Shown one piece after another: positions 23,801 to 36,960 of a stretch of 54,095 bases of DNA. A program made the position numbers and the translations under genes. The stretch's first letter is position 1. Each line of letters begins with the position of its first letter. The stretch is from Azolla caroliniana (Eukaryota; Plantae; Polypodiophyta): the NCBI GenBank assembly GCA_043228905.1, contig JBHGNT010000199.1, positions 1 to 54,095 of the forward strand. Direction: 5' to 3'. The notes below the pieces were generated by a model, which saw nothing but the letters and a program-made list of their open reading frames with translations, was not told the DNA's origin and made no database searches.

Positions 23801-26800
23801 CTATCGTTAACTTAAACGAGATGCTTCTAAATTTTAAAGAATGCAACAATTGTATTCTCAAATTTCCATCGAATGTACAATGACCTGTGACAGACATACT
23901 TTGTTGTGATTGGAGCACATTTCTAAATTAAGAGTTAAGCCTCAACGTCCTCTGGCAGGCAGCACATATATCCTCATTGGTATAGCAAGAATGTAAAGAT
24001 TGACTTGGGAGAAAGATATATTAATGTCTGTAAAAGGCCATATTGGCCTATGAGACCTGTCAGACATTTACAACTGTTTATAACTGTTTACAACTGTTTG
24101 TGATGCATAGCAAGAATGTAAAGATTGACTTGGGAGAAAGATAGATTAATGTCTGTAAAAGACCATAATGGCCTATGAGACCTGTCAGACATTCATAACT
24201 GTTTATAACTAGTCAATGTGAATAACAAAAGAAGAATGTCTTTCTAGATGAAGACTGTCTTTCTAGATTAGGTCCCGAAAACTAAATGGGTTGAAATGAA
24301 ATCGTGAATAGCTTACAATCAGCTTCTGTGCCCGATCACTGAACCTGAATTTGCTGCCCTCTGAAAGAATTCATCATTGGGTGAGGTGATGATCCAAAAT
24401 GGAAACGTCAATGGGAGAACGAAAGCACATACAATGCCATTGTCATGAAGAATTCCGGCTATATGAAGAAAGAGGGGTGGATAGGCATGTGAACGAGGGC
24501 ATGCAAGTAGTCACAGAACACAAGGACCGGAGTACAAGAAATGTGAATATGTGTAAAATAATTAAAGTACTAGGTAGAGTAGTTAATGGGTACTTTATGA
24601 CCCACACGTATAGAGAATAAGAATAAGTTTAGATGGAGAGAATCGAGGGCAATCTCTGACAGAAAAGGCTGCCATTTACATGCGATGTAACGGCCTCCCC
24701 TTGTGCTATAAAGGGGGAGGTTTGATATTGTTTTGGGGTATCCTCGTTTTAGGAGAAGGAAGTGCTGCCACATCGAGCTCTGCAGACTTCTGCTTCTCTA
24801 TGTTCTGTTTTCCGTTGTCATACTGCGAGGCCTCCATTTCGCACTGGTAGCCCCTGTATCTGTGTGTGTGTGTATAGAGCTCGAAGCTCCGTTGCCAGTT
24901 GCGTCCCGTTGTACTTTTTCTGTTTTCCTCTGTTAATCATTAGTTTGTTGAGTCCCTGTGTGTTTGGGAATCCCTGTGCTCTTATCTCTATGCTATTCTT
25001 GTTTGAGTGCGCGTAATCAAGAGCGCGAGCCCGTGAGCTCGTCGCTGTTATCAGGCAACCGGTCCGGAACAATATACGTCTCTGAGCGCTCACCGTCCAG
25101 CATCCGGGGATCGATCCGGATCAGATACGTGACCGGAAACCGATCTGGACAACCTTTCCTCTCACACCATCTCTTTGGTCCGAAACCCCGGCGGTTCCAC
25201 CCCGTTTCAACACGTACTCGCGGATTTCCGGGACACTGTGTGATTAGAGAAAGCTTAAAGTAGATATAAATCAAAAGATCTTGTACTTGTTGGTTATACT
25301 TATAATTGTGAGATAGCTAGATTATTCCCTAAAGCCAGATAGCTTATTCGTAACTTAAGATAAATGGGACCATCAACTTATAAATCAGAAGTGATCATAC
25401 CCATTGGGTATACTAATAAAAGGAGACCAATATCTGATTCAAAACTTGTAGTGAAATACTACTGCTACAAGATTTCTACTAGATTATTTGAATGGTGGTC
25501 ACTAGCTTCTTTCTTTAGGTACTAGGTTTCCATGTGGAATTTGAAACTTTCTCAAAGGATCATTAACTTCATATGAATGAGTACAGAAAATAGGGTAAGA
25601 ATCAGACACTATTCTTTGTGATTGGAAGTGCATTTTATGCATAGATAGGAATTGAAATCCCACCCCTTTACATTCACTCAAAATTAATCATATAAAAACA
25701 AAAAACTTAAGATTTGTAGGCTAAAAAAACAATAAAGGTTTAAACAAACCTAAAAGACATACATCCAAGTACTGCTCTCATACTATACTTTATTTTAACT
25801 CACCTCAACACCAGAAACACCAACTATATCCATATTCCACTGATAATGTTCACGTCTCCTTCCCCTTGTCATCCTTTCATACCGCCAACATTGTCCAATT
25901 GCAAACCATTTCACAGGAAATGGCAAAGCCTTGCTACATAAAGTAAGAAATAAACATAAATGGCATAGACGAGAACTTTAAACAGTTTTCTTCCACACAT
26001 TATGGCTGCACATTGACGTTACGTGTTTCATGTACCCTTTCTGCAGTATTAATCGAGCTAATGATGGTGTGAGTTCTGGACGTAGTGAAACCCGACGTCC
26101 ACCTTTATCTTCAAAATTATAAAGCTGTGCATGAACAATACGAAGTTACTTCAAGCCAAACTGCCCTGATGTTGACTGTATTTTTAAATGTATATAGTTC
26201 TCTTCCAAGGACCAATCATGACTCATAACATCACAAGGAAAACATGCAAGAAGAGATGATGTATCAAAACCGCACAACATTCTAATAATAGATACATGTC
26301 CTCTGTGGAACTGTTCTCAAAAGTGCTAGATATATGTGATCTAAACATTATTCACAGCACTGAAAAAGCTGATGGGATATCTGCTCAAAAGAAAAAAGAG
26401 TATAACACAGGATGCTCAAAACAAACTAGCATATATGGGTGCACATAGAAGCATAAACATTGATAAATTGTTTTCCAATCCTAGCATACTGTTTAAGCAT
26501 AAATGTATTTAAAACTAGGCACCTGTGATAGAGGTACATGCTTCTCACCAGCTCATAACTGAGGACCAATGCAAGACTCAACTATTTATGCATGCACTTA
26601 AGGAATGAACTCCAGTTCCCAATATAAATCATCAGAACCAACATTCTATACCAGATAATGTCAAAGCAAGTTAAGTTTGGAAAGTGATGAAAACCCCGGT
26701 CCTCAATATGAAATATGACAGTTACCAGTCTCTCACCAGATGAGCTTAATGCATATATATATATATATATATATATGCTTTGAAGTATAAGGAATGAAGC

Positions 26801-28973
26801 CCCATTCCCTATAAGGAGAACAAAAATATAATCAACAAAGCAAGGATGGTTCAATATTACCAAATTTAAATACGTAGATATATGGTTTCACTTACTCAAT
26901 ATCATGCAAATGGTAAATCACTAATCGTTCATGTAAACACATCTCTATAGTGCTTCATGTTTAGCCAAGAAAGAAATCCAGAGAATAAACAACTGAGCTT
27001 CTATCACTTCCCTACAGGTAATGCACTTAGTCATGATTAACACTCAATAAAAAAATGATCTCAGAGAAAAAGCAAACAAAAACTTCTTAACAGACATACA
27101 GATGACTTACGTGAATCAAATTCAAAAGAGCAGCAAGGAAACGCATAGTATCAGAAAATTACCTGCTGTGTAATTTCTTCACCTGCTTTTCTAACAAACA
27201 ATGCCTCTGATTCCAGGACAGGGAAATCTACCTCCTCGAATGCAAATAATCTGGAAACCTTTAGGCATTGACAACATATATGTCAATATCATTATGCAAA
27301 GGTATGATGAAAACAAAGAGCAGCTCAATTACAAATTGACAATAATATATATACAGAGCAAGAGGTGTGATGAAAACTAAGGATAAACCAATTGCGTATG
27401 ACAAACATGTGTATACTATGATGCAAAGGCATGTGTAAACTTCGAGAAAATCAATTATGAGCACGTTATATCATTAAAAAAAAGATGTGGGAAACAAGAG
27501 AGAAAATGGACACTGCATATAATTATGCTAAGGTGTGATGAAAAACAAGAACAAAACAATTATACACAACACAACACACAAACGTGTACATAAAAGGTGT
27601 GCAACACGCATATACATATCAATATCTATATCTATCTATTTATCTATCTACATATACATAAAAAGAAAGAGAAAATTCATTCTAACATACAAAACTAAGA
27701 AGTGAAATTGTATACCTCTCTAAACTTCTGGAAGAGCCAGCTGCGAAGGCGCATTTCCTCTGGTGCAAAGTCCCTAGTTCCGCGAGGTGGGTTATAATCA
27801 ATGCTTTCATTGGGATCAAGGAGGGTAGGAGGGCCTGCAGATGCTGGCCCTCTGCTGATATCACCAGCTGCAGTCGTTGCCGCAATAACAGATAGGCTTT
27901 TCCTACCTGTGTATGCACATCATTACAAAAATTGGCATTTTCAGATAGGCTTTTCCTTTTAGAAATGGAAAGCACATCAAATTTCGCTTTGTAGAAGCAC
28001 CATCACACAAGTGGAAATCCGTTTTCAGATAGAAACAGCCAAGTTTAACCAAATGTTCGTACCTGACTCAAATTTTTTGTTAAGAACCATTACATGAAAT
28101 ATAGGCATTCTGAGATAGGAGTTTCATTTACACATAGTAAATGGTAAGTTTAACCAATGATATACATTGATCTGCACTATTTTCAGCTTCTGCGAAGTGG
28201 CATCACATGACAAATGGAACCAAAATCAATTTTCAAGAAAAAATTGTATTCTGAAAAACGCTTTTACATGAGAGGAAATACATTTTCAGATCAGTTTTTC
28301 TTTCCTGTATACACGTCGGAAATGGAATGTTTGCATTTTGAGAAACACTATTGAGCAAAATACATTTTAAAACAGGCTTTTCCTTCTTGTATCACATTAT
28401 TAATATATTGCTTCTGAGAAGTGCCACTATATGAAAGGAAAGGAAAATCTTTAATAGTTGGCAACTTTAACGGTTTTTTCCCATTCACGTGCTATTTTTG
28501 TTTTTTGGAAGTCCATTACGTATGAATTTAGAAGGCAAAAAAAACGTTTCATCGGCAAGTGTAACAAATGACACACATTTATCTGCGCTGTTACTGGTTC
28601 TAAAAAGCTCCACCACATGTAACAACAGGCATTTTAATCATTGTTTGGAAAGCATAACCAAGTTTATAGAGAGGCTACTAGGAATGAAGCCAGGAACAAG
28701 ATTCTCTATCTGCTCGTGTTTGAATAGAAAGATATATATATATATACACATACCTGATACAAATGGTGATGGCGAGGTGGGGTTCTTGCAGATGACATGA
28801 TGTGGATAGTTCAACGATCCTGAGATGAGACGAAGAAACCTGTGCACAGAGAGGCTACTAGGAATGAGAGAGAATCGAGATTGACAGGCTGCAGGGAGAG
28901 AGCGGAGGCGCCGCCGAGGGGAGCACGAGGAACATGAAGGCGAAGCGAGCGTGGAGGAAGAAGGAATCCTCAT
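17683..28973 (-). CDS. HRS1: Histidyl-tRNA synthetase, organellar (plastid/mitochondrial) type, 12 exons, 536 aa. Exons: 28973-28754, 27906-27716, 27258-27163, 26124-26036, 25933-25804, 20149-20057, 19981-19907, 19753-19636, 19069-18927, 18763-18635, 18189-18026, 17845-17683
   Basis: Phase-consistent exon chain with Ser/Arg-rich transit peptide, [41 protein letters not shown] (motif 2), [23 protein letters not shown] (motif 3) and anticodon-binding domain. One GC-AG intron. Confidence 0.93.
20688..22745 (+). mobile_element. Copia element E remnant (integrase tail, RT, RNase H) in HisRS intron 5, antisense to host
   Basis: [57 protein letters not shown] and TKHIEVHYH, with frameshifts. No LTR pair found. 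Confidence 0.9.
23099..23699 (+). mobile_element. MULE (Mutator-like) deletion derivative with 27-bp TIRs, carrying a FAR1/WRKY-GCM1-type zinc-finger fragment
   Basis: TIR GGAAAGCGCTATTTGCCCCCCCATTTT (23099-23125) and its inverse at 23673-23699, with one mismatch. Internal frameshifted coding: [10 protein letters not shown]...RKRQTG / [19 protein letters not shown]. Confidence 0.75.
23982..24210. repeat. Tandem duplication, 125-bp period, in HisRS intron 5
   Basis: ATAGCAAGAATGTAAAGATTGACTTGGGAG... recurs at 23982 and 24107. Confidence 0.9.
24271..25235 (+). mobile_element. Probable solo LTR (about 965 bp) in HisRS intron 5
   Basis: Imperfect terminal inverted ends GGTCCCGAAAA / TTTCCGGGACA, TATA-like CTATAAAGGGGG near 24707, then a CT-rich and CpG-rich 3' part. 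No clean TSD. Confidence 0.45.
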
Positions 28974-29068
28974 GCTTCAGCTTAGAAAGGATAATGGAAA
29001 TTCCTGAAAGCCTCAGTGAAGTAGAGAGAGTGTGTGTGTTTTTCTGTTTGAACACACAGAGTCAGAGT

Positions 29069-29359
29069 TAGGAGTCCATCTCGGTTCAAGCCTAAACCGA
29101 GACACTAAACCGTTTTTAAACGGTTTGACGGTTTATATGTTCGGCTCGAATCGGATTGGTTCAGACTTTAGCTTCCTTAACCGGTTTGGGTCGGTTGAAG
29201 CCGAACCGAACTGTTTTGGGTTTAACCGGTTAAGACTTAATCGGTTTGGATCAACTGATCTATGCTTAATTGATTTGGCCAAATTGGTTAAGCCAAAATC
29301 GGTTTTGTTTGGACTAGGCCAAACTGATTAAGCCGAAACCGAACCGTTGTCGATTCCTA
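29069..29359. mobile_element. hAT-type MITE (291 bp) in the HisRS promoter
   Basis: Ends TAGGAGTC...GATTCCTA. 8-bp TSD GTCAGAGT (29061-29068) / GTCAAAGT (29360-29367) with one mismatch. Many internal AACCG/CGGTT motifs. Confidence 0.8.
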
Positions 29360-29363
29360 GTCA

Positions 29364-29467
<104 letters not shown>

Positions 29468-29879
29468 TGTGTGTTATGGTGTGTGAAGGGATGGTAATCA
29501 AATGTCAAAGTATGTTTTTGATGTCGGTTAATGAAGCTCGGCATGGCTAGGTAATCCTTCTTGAATCAACTTAACGACATTAAATGGTTCACACGTTATC
29601 ATCATGTTCATTGATTAAGATTTTATGGTTTGTTCATTTAACAATGTTGTAAGCAGCGTCACGATTAATTAAGTAATCCATAATTCAAACATGATTTAAT
29701 ATGGAAATCACGTCTCTCATGTTTTCCTATAGCAATACAAATGAATCGCATTTTCACAACGCATAAAGATTGTTGGCATTCTTGCACCACTGATGTTGTA
29801 AAATACGTGGCATTTTAAAAGAATAGAAATCTTTAATTATATGTTTTCTACGTTATGTTTCTCAATAAAAAGGTGTGGC

Positions 29880-30340
29880 TTGGACTCAATTAAAAGACCC
29901 ATAGTGTTACTAACTCCAAATGGATCGATCGCATCATAGCCACCATTCGCAAAGAGCACTCATCCAATTGGTTACATCATACTCCATGCAAGGGAAGCCT
30001 CGCATTTTGCAATTTTCAAAATAAATTAAAAATTATACAAATACCACGCACAAGATGATTGATGTTGCAATTGCAAATGTTGTTCTATGTTTTGGGTTAT
30101 TGGAATTGGTTTGTAAATCTATACTTCAAGTTGGACTCAATTAAAACACCCACCGAGTTACTAACTCAAAATGGGCCAATCACAACATAGCCACCATTCG
30201 CAAAGAGCACTCATCCAATTGGTTGCATCATACTCCATGCAAGGAAGCCTCATGTTTTGCAAGTTTCAAAATAAATTAAAAAATATACAAACACCATGCG
30301 AAGATGATTGATGTTGAAATAGCAAATGTTGTTCTATGTT
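29880..30340. repeat. Diverged tandem duplication, about 251-bp period
   Basis: TTGGACTCAATTAAAA...GCCACCATTCGCAAAGAGCACTCATCCAATTGG...TGTTGTTCTATGTT starting at 29880 and 30131. Confidence 0.88.
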
Positions 30341-30349
30341 CTCGAGACG

Positions 30350-31437
30350 TGTTGTACAAGAAGAACAAGAAGATCATCATCATGTTTACAACGTTAGGTT
30401 ATCGCTTATATACTAAGCCCTAACTCTTTGGACAAGTTCATACTCGGATACAAAGTGGAAGGAGTCGGCCTTTTATGCCAACAAACTCCCTCGAGACTAC
30501 TCTTTCTTATGTGTACAAGTGTTTGGGGTTATCTCTCCCGTAAACCTAGATTACAAAATCAATCTAAATTTATATTTACAAGTCAGTCGGCATGTGGCCG
30601 AGTCACCAGAGATATGTTCAATGGCTAGTCAGTTAGATTGACTTGTCTGAGTCGATCGGTTCGACTTACTTTCTGCTCTTTGTTCGACCTTCTTCTACTT
30701 GGTCGCTTCCGGACTTCAAGCTTCCTCTCAGTTATGAGGTCCCGGATGTGACGATACCGCACCTCAATATGCTTTGTCTTTGCGTGATAGACAGGATTAT
30801 TGATGAGATGTATTGCACTTTGTGAGTCGCAATAAATGGTTGGCGTTGGTCGGTCGATTCGGCTTGTAGTTGAAAAATCAGTAGATAGTCAGTGCTGCCA
30901 GATCGTGTCCTTCACTGCCTCTAATGTTGTTATGTACTCAGCCTTTGTAGTTGACAAGGTCATGCACGCTTGAAGCTTCGACCTCCATGATATAGCACCA
31001 CCACCATAGGTGAAAATATAGCCTAATGTTGACTTCCGATTGTCCGTATTGCCAACATAGTCAGAATCAGTGTAGCCTTCAACTTCGGTTGAGGTTGTCA
31101 AACCGAAAGTCAACTGAGTATCTTCGATCCCTCTCAAGTACCTGAAGATGTGCTTGATAGCCTCCCAATGCTTCCATCGTGGATTCGACATGTACCGGTT
31201 GACCACCCCTACGGCATAGGCTAGGTCGGGTCGAGTTGCCACCATTGCATACATGATACTTCCTACGGCCGATGCATATGGCATCTTTCCATTAACCTCT
31301 CACTCCTTGTTTGTTGAAGGAGAGCCTTTGTTTGATAGTCGGATCAACGTCGGAAGTGGTGTTGGTGTTGGCTTCACATTCTCCATGTTGAAGTGCTTCA
31401 ACACCTTCTTGATATAGTCGTACTAGGAGAGTCGGAG
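30350..31437 (-). mobile_element. Copia remnant G (RT end/RNase H plus LTR-like 3' region)
   Basis: YIKKVLKHFNMEN, MPYASAVGSIMYAMVATRPDLAYAVGVV, GYTDSD and GGAISWRSKLQ. Confidence 0.8.
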
Positions 31438-32219
31438 TGTTAGCCGGTCAGCTAAGGAGCCGGACAAGTATGGAAGCGTCAGAGTCAACAATGTTCGGAT
31501 GTACACAGAGTCGGAGTTGGATCGATGAGTCAACGTTTTGCCGAGTAAATAAAAAATAGATATTAGAATTAGTTAGAATGGTTTTGGTTAGTTCTTGTTA
31601 ACAAGACAAGTGTAGTTCTTGATGAGTAAAGCCATCGACCACCTATAAAAAGGGGTCAAGGACATTGTCATACTATCGTTCTAATTTGAGTTTAATATAG
31701 TTATTAGTTATGGAAAATCTATGTCGCTTATTTTGTTACTATGTTCGACTCAGTGTTAAATCTTCTATTAATTATATTAAGTCAATTAGTCGATCACAGT
31801 ACCTTATATTTGCATTCTGAGTAACCGACTCGTACGAAATTCAATTTTTACTTCTGTAATTTCTTGATAGAAATTTAGAACTGTTGAGAAGCCAATGTGA
31901 CACAAGAATTTAGTAGAGGAAGAAGCAGACACAGAAGCCCTAAAAATAGAGATAAGTCTTATGCTAGGTCGAAATCTAGAGGAAGACCTACATGCTTTTA
32001 TTGTGGAAAGCCTAGTCAGTTCCAAAAGAAATGTTGACATATTAGGAAGGACAAAGGCATGTTGATGAGGTCGAACCTAGAAAATTTTATGATGATAAAA
32101 ACACCCTAACCATTGCAACTAGTGAAGAAGAGATGTTATTTATTTGTGAACAAGGTAGTGTGAACCTTGCAAATGTTGAGTGCTCTTGGGTAGTGGACTC
32201 AGGATGTCATATTCAATCT
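31438..32219 (+). mobile_element. LTR-like segment plus decayed Copia gag/protease fragment
   Basis: Starts TGTTAG where remnant G breaks off. TATA-like CCTATAAAAAGGGG near 31643. CSWVVDSG protease motif near 32181-32204. Confidence 0.5.
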
Positions 32220-34389
32220 TGTTGAGAGACAAGTTCAACATTAGTGCGTAATACGATGCGTAAACCAGTGCGTAGACTGGGTGCGTAAATCGGTACACAT
32301 AACATGGCCGTATTGGTGCGTAAACCGCGAGGCCGTTGGGAAGATATTCCTCGTAAGGAATAATTTTGGGAGTTAGTGTAGTAGGCTCATTTATGAGCGG
32401 TCAAGTACTGTCAGTACTTGTGTCAGCCTATTGACAGGGCTTGTATAAAAGGTGCTCACGGAGCACGGTGTATGTACAAATTGAGTATTATTTTGAATTG
32501 AGTTTCTGTGTGTTCTCTCTCTATCTCTCCCACGTACTGTGTGTATATCCTAAGCTCTCCATTAAACCTGCGTATTTCCTGTGTTCGTTTTCCTATTGCT
32601 TCCGCACATATTCTTTTACATGGTATCAGAGCGCAAGGGTTGAGAACCTCTGCAGCCGACATAGCTTGAAAGGAAAACCAACCAAGAAGAACAGGTAAAA
32701 CCGATGGATAGAGGCATGGCTAGCTCGCTTCCGACGGAGAAGCTCGACAGAAACAACTACGTGTCTTGGTCCTACAAGATGCACCAGTACTTGCTCGGGC
32801 ACGGTTACTGGAGCTATGTCGACGGAGCAAATGACACAACACCCAAATCGACACACAGAGATTTCCCGGCGTGGGAACAGTCGGCGAGCAGAGTACTGTA
32901 CTGCTTCGCGTCTTGTGTGGGCGAACAACTCCTAAGCTACATTCGGGATGCAAAAACGCCGAAAAATGCTTGGGGAAATCTAAAGAAGATTTTCGCCGCA
33001 AGCACTATAGCCAAGAAGCTTCAACTTCGACAGGAGCTGAGCAACCTACGACAACGTGACTTGTCGGTGGTTGATTACACCTCGAAGATCAAAGAGATAT
33101 GCGACTCCTTAGCCTCTATCGATGTGAACGTCGAGGAAGGCGAGATGGTGCAAATCTATCTCGGGGGACTGGTGTCGAAGTTCGAAGCGTTCCGAACTGT
33201 TGTGTGTACACGGGAGAATACGTCGTCGTTTTTCGACTTACAATCGATGCTCTTTATAGAGGAGAACCATGGGGGTGCGTCGACAAGCACGCATGCCGAC
33301 AATAAGATGTTGTAAACAGAGGGAGATAGGCCTCGTGGTCATGGCGGACGAGGCGAGTCGGTGCACAATGGAGGCGGCCGACAGGATCAAGGAAGATGGC
33401 ACCGAAGTGATGCTGACAACAATTCCGGACCCTCCGAAAACAAGGGGAGTCAAGGCGATGAGAAACGGCAAGGGAAATCCGCCACGGAATGCTGCTATTG
33501 TGGCAAGAAAGGCCACAGAGAGAGCGAGTGCTGGAAAAAGCGCGCCGATTCGGAGAGGATTGGACCCGGATCAGGCTCCGAACAGACCAACAAAGGAAAC
33601 CAGCAGCGATCACACTACGCCAAAGGATGCGAAGAAGGGTCAGTCTTCGTGATGAGACACGAAGCAAACTCAATGAAGAAGATCACCTCGAAGTCGGATG
33701 AGGTATGGTACGTCAACTCCGGCGCGTCAAACCACATGACGTGCCACAAGGAGTGGTTCTCGTACTTGGAAAAACCGATGCAACCGAGAGTAGTCGCAAT
33801 CGGAGACGACACTCCGCATCCGATCGCGAATGTCGGTGAAGTTACCCTGAGCCATGTCGGGCAAAAAGGGAAACTCATGAACGTGTTACACGTTCCAACA
33901 ATCACGAAGAACCTGGTGTCGGTCGGACAGATCATCGACCAGGGGATGCAGGTTCGGTTCACGCATCTCAAGTGCTTCATTGAGGAAGAAGGCCGAGTTA
34001 TTGCGCAAGGGCGCAGAGACGGGAGGATGTTTATCCTCGACTCTAGTGATGGTGGCACCGCAATGTTCATGAAAGGACAAAAAGTAGAGTCAGATATCGA
34101 CTTATGGCACAAGCGGATAGGCCACGTCAACTATAAACGGCTTCAAGACCTGCAATTGAAACATGTGGTGTTTGGATTGCCCAAATTTAGTGGCCAGAAG
34201 GCACAAATTTGTGAAGCATGCCAGCTAGGGAAGCAACACCGACTTCCTTTCCCCAACGAGTATAACCGAAGACGGAACAAGCTCGACTTGATACATTCCA
34301 ATGTATGGGGGCCGGCACAGAATGTTAGTCTTGGCGGGAGTCGATATTTCATCTCCTTCATTGACGACTATACGCGGCACACGTGGGTC
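32220..34389 (+). mobile_element. Copia element F: 5' LTR (32220-32620), PBS (32621-32632), gag-protease-partial integrase; 3'-truncated
   Basis: TGTTGAG...TTTTACA followed by TGGTATCAGAGC. KLDRNNYVSWSYKM, CCYCGKKGHRESEC, WYVNSGASNHM, LWHKRIGH and FIDDYTRHTWV. Same lineage as element C. Confidence 0.93.
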
Positions 34390-35073
34390 CCTGTTTCCCA
34401 ACAGTTTTAGCGAATATCCATACAGACAAAAATAGATCAAACATGCTTACTAAAATCCTATCTATGGTAAAACTTGTTACGTGCCAACGAAGGACTAGTT
34501 TGGTTGACTCTCCCCCTACAAGAGTGAAGGGTGAGTTTGTTATGCAAGGTTGTCCCTCCTTATAGGGGAGTTGGCTGGAAAGCCGAACCGAGACACGGTT
34601 GGCTGAAATCGGCCGAAGAGCCAAACCAAGACACTGCTAGAAGAATGTGTGTGTGTGTGTGTGTGTGTGTATGAGTTAGGTTAGTATATATATAGACATA
34701 GTGGTATTAGTTGCATATGTATGTGGGATAAATCATTGAGAGTATAATAGTGAGAGAAGCGTTAGAGTGAATGTGTGAGTAAGCGCAGGCGAGAGAGAAC
34801 GCGTTGCAAGGAACGTGAGTGCTAACACAATGGTGGTTGTGAAAGAGAGATAGACATAGCTGTGCACCTGAGTGTGTGAGGAAGCAAGAAAAGAAGGACA
34901 AAACACAGAAGATAAGAGAGATAGAACAGAGAAGCTCTGAAAGCTTCAAAAGAGGGAAACAATCCACGACTGAAACTGTGGTTTTAGACAACTACCTGGG
35001 AGTACATTCATACTCAATCAGGTTCTATCATTCTAGGCTTGTATTCTTTCTCTGTCTCATAGTGAAATCTTGT

Positions 35074-36720
35074 TCATAGTGGTTTTTCCCTGGAATCAAG
35101 GTCATACCATGAGCTAGTATAATCGGACTCATACAATGAACGAGAGGCCTTAAAGGCTTGATGGGATATTCTATCATGTGGTTGGTTATGTACTCTGTGG
35201 ATAACGACTACAAGTTGAAAAAGTGCCTCAGCCCTAATAATGTCATGTGGTACTGTCGATTTGCTTCGAAGTCTCTCTAATTGCATCCACATGAAAGATG
35301 GTAGTCTTGGAGCCCAAACCACTGATGCATACATAAGGGAGGGAGTCACTAATGAGTCAAAGAGCCACCCTTTAGTCAGTGGCTCTTGAAAGTATGCTTG
35401 ATGGCATTGTCTCTTGAGGAGTGAGAGGGATGCATGTCCTCTCGTAAGTCTATCCTTTACTGCTTGTGTCATCGAAAATTTACCTGAGCAGGCATTGAAA
35501 GTGACTCCGAGATAGACATATGATCCAACCACCTCAATTGGGCTATGGGAGATAGTTATGTGACCCTTAGCTCTAACTTGGGCCGATGTGTGGAAGATAA
35601 GGACTTTAGTTTTCCCTAGATTCACTGCCAATCCTCGTTGTGCGCAAAAGTCATCTAAGGCATTAAGGTGCCTTTGTAGGTCATGTTCGGATTCCATGAC
35701 CTATCATAATGGTCCTACATGTATTTGGGTCCATGGGGTTCCCCCTTTTATGTATGGGGGCCACTGTGTTCATAGTCCATTGTGGTGGAAAACCCTCCGC
35801 GAGGGCATGATTCAAGATTAGAGTTAGCAAGGGAGTTAGGCACTCTCTCGCATATATGATGTGTTTTGCTCGCAATCCTATGTGGTCCATGGACTTCCTA
35901 TGTTGTAATTTCTTTATGACCTTCACGACCCTAGAGGTTGCGAAAAGTGTCCCCACCGTAGGTCGGGGTGTAGAAGGCATTGGAATGGGTGGTTGGTTTG
36001 GGATTTGGTAAAGTCTCTCTGTATATGTGTGCCAGGTTTTGGGATCTTCGATGGGTGTTTGTGGTCTTGGTTCCCGTAATCTCTTCCATGCAGTGGCGCA
36101 ATCGCTACTCATGAGCATATGGTAGAGTTCCTAATATTGGGATGCCTCCCATGCTCGTCTCTTACGACGTGTCATCTTGCGCATTTCTTTGCAAGCTTGT
36201 ATTGAGGTAATACTACCACTGAGTTGCGATATTGTAAGTTGTCTATGTAAGTTCCAACAATCCTCATCATACCATCTATTTTGTGGCATAGATCCTAATC
36301 TACCTTGATTGGAGTGTTTCGTATATGGGAAACTACTAACTGTTGCGGAGTGAAGGATGTGTGTGAGTTTCGTACTAAGGCTCTCTAAAGGTAGGGAGGG
36401 ATCAAGGGAGGAGAGATGGGCTTGAACACGTTGAGAGTATATGTCAGAGAGCTCATGTGTGAAATGTATTGTGGTGTGATGGCGTGGTTGACTAGATTCG
36501 GTGATGTTAGAGATATCGCATTTTAGCTCGAAGTATAAGACACTATGGTCCACGCCAATAGGGCATGGGGCCACCCGGAAGGAGTTAATCATGTGGGTAG
36601 TTTCAGGGCGTCCTATTAGATAATCAGTTGTGCTTTCCCCTGCTCCATGTGGGAAACACGTGAGCTCTTTCGAGTTTGGCCACTTGGCTAAACTACTATA
36701 CATATATGACCATCTGGTGG
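35074..36720 (-). mobile_element. RTE-clade LINE remnant (endonuclease end to RT C-terminus, with internal deletion)
   Basis: ELTCFP..GESTTDYLIG, DHSVL, NRWYDEDC, APIHKRGNPMDPNTCRTIMIGH joined directly to LQRHLNALDDFC..VNLGKTKVLIF, YVYLGV and LMYASVVW. Confidence 0.85.
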
Positions 36721-36912
36721 CGACTGCCAAGTTCGAGCAAATGATGGAGAGAAAGAGAGAGAGAGAGCTCCTAGAAGAATGAGCAAAGCCAAGGAAGGAA
36801 GTTAATAAGAAATAGTTTGTACATACATATCTATTATATGTGTATTGTTTGGGCTTATGATGAGGAGAGGGGCTGAACACTAAAACTAAGGCTCTTCTTG
36901 TCAGAGTCCGAG

Positions 36913-36914
<2 letters not shown>

Positions 36915-36954
<40 letters not shown>
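36915..36954. repeat. (AG)n microsatellite abutting the SDR2 start codon
   Basis: Seen directly; ends immediately before ATG 36955. Confidence 0.95.

Positions 36955-36960
<6 letters not shown>

Noticed and set aside
28668-28884. 20-bp repeat AGAGAGGCTACTAGGAATGA shared by HisRS exon 1 and intron 1
   Set aside because: Too short and without splice signals to argue for an alternative transit-peptide exon.
34390-35073. Possible additional LTR between Copia F and the LINE
   Set aside because: Composition is LTR-like, but I could not define termini, TSD or a partner copy.
36898-36954. N-terminal ERERER extension of SDR2
   Set aside because: It starts at TTG and merely translates the (AG)n repeat. 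The ATG at 36955 matches the MASS start of copy 1.
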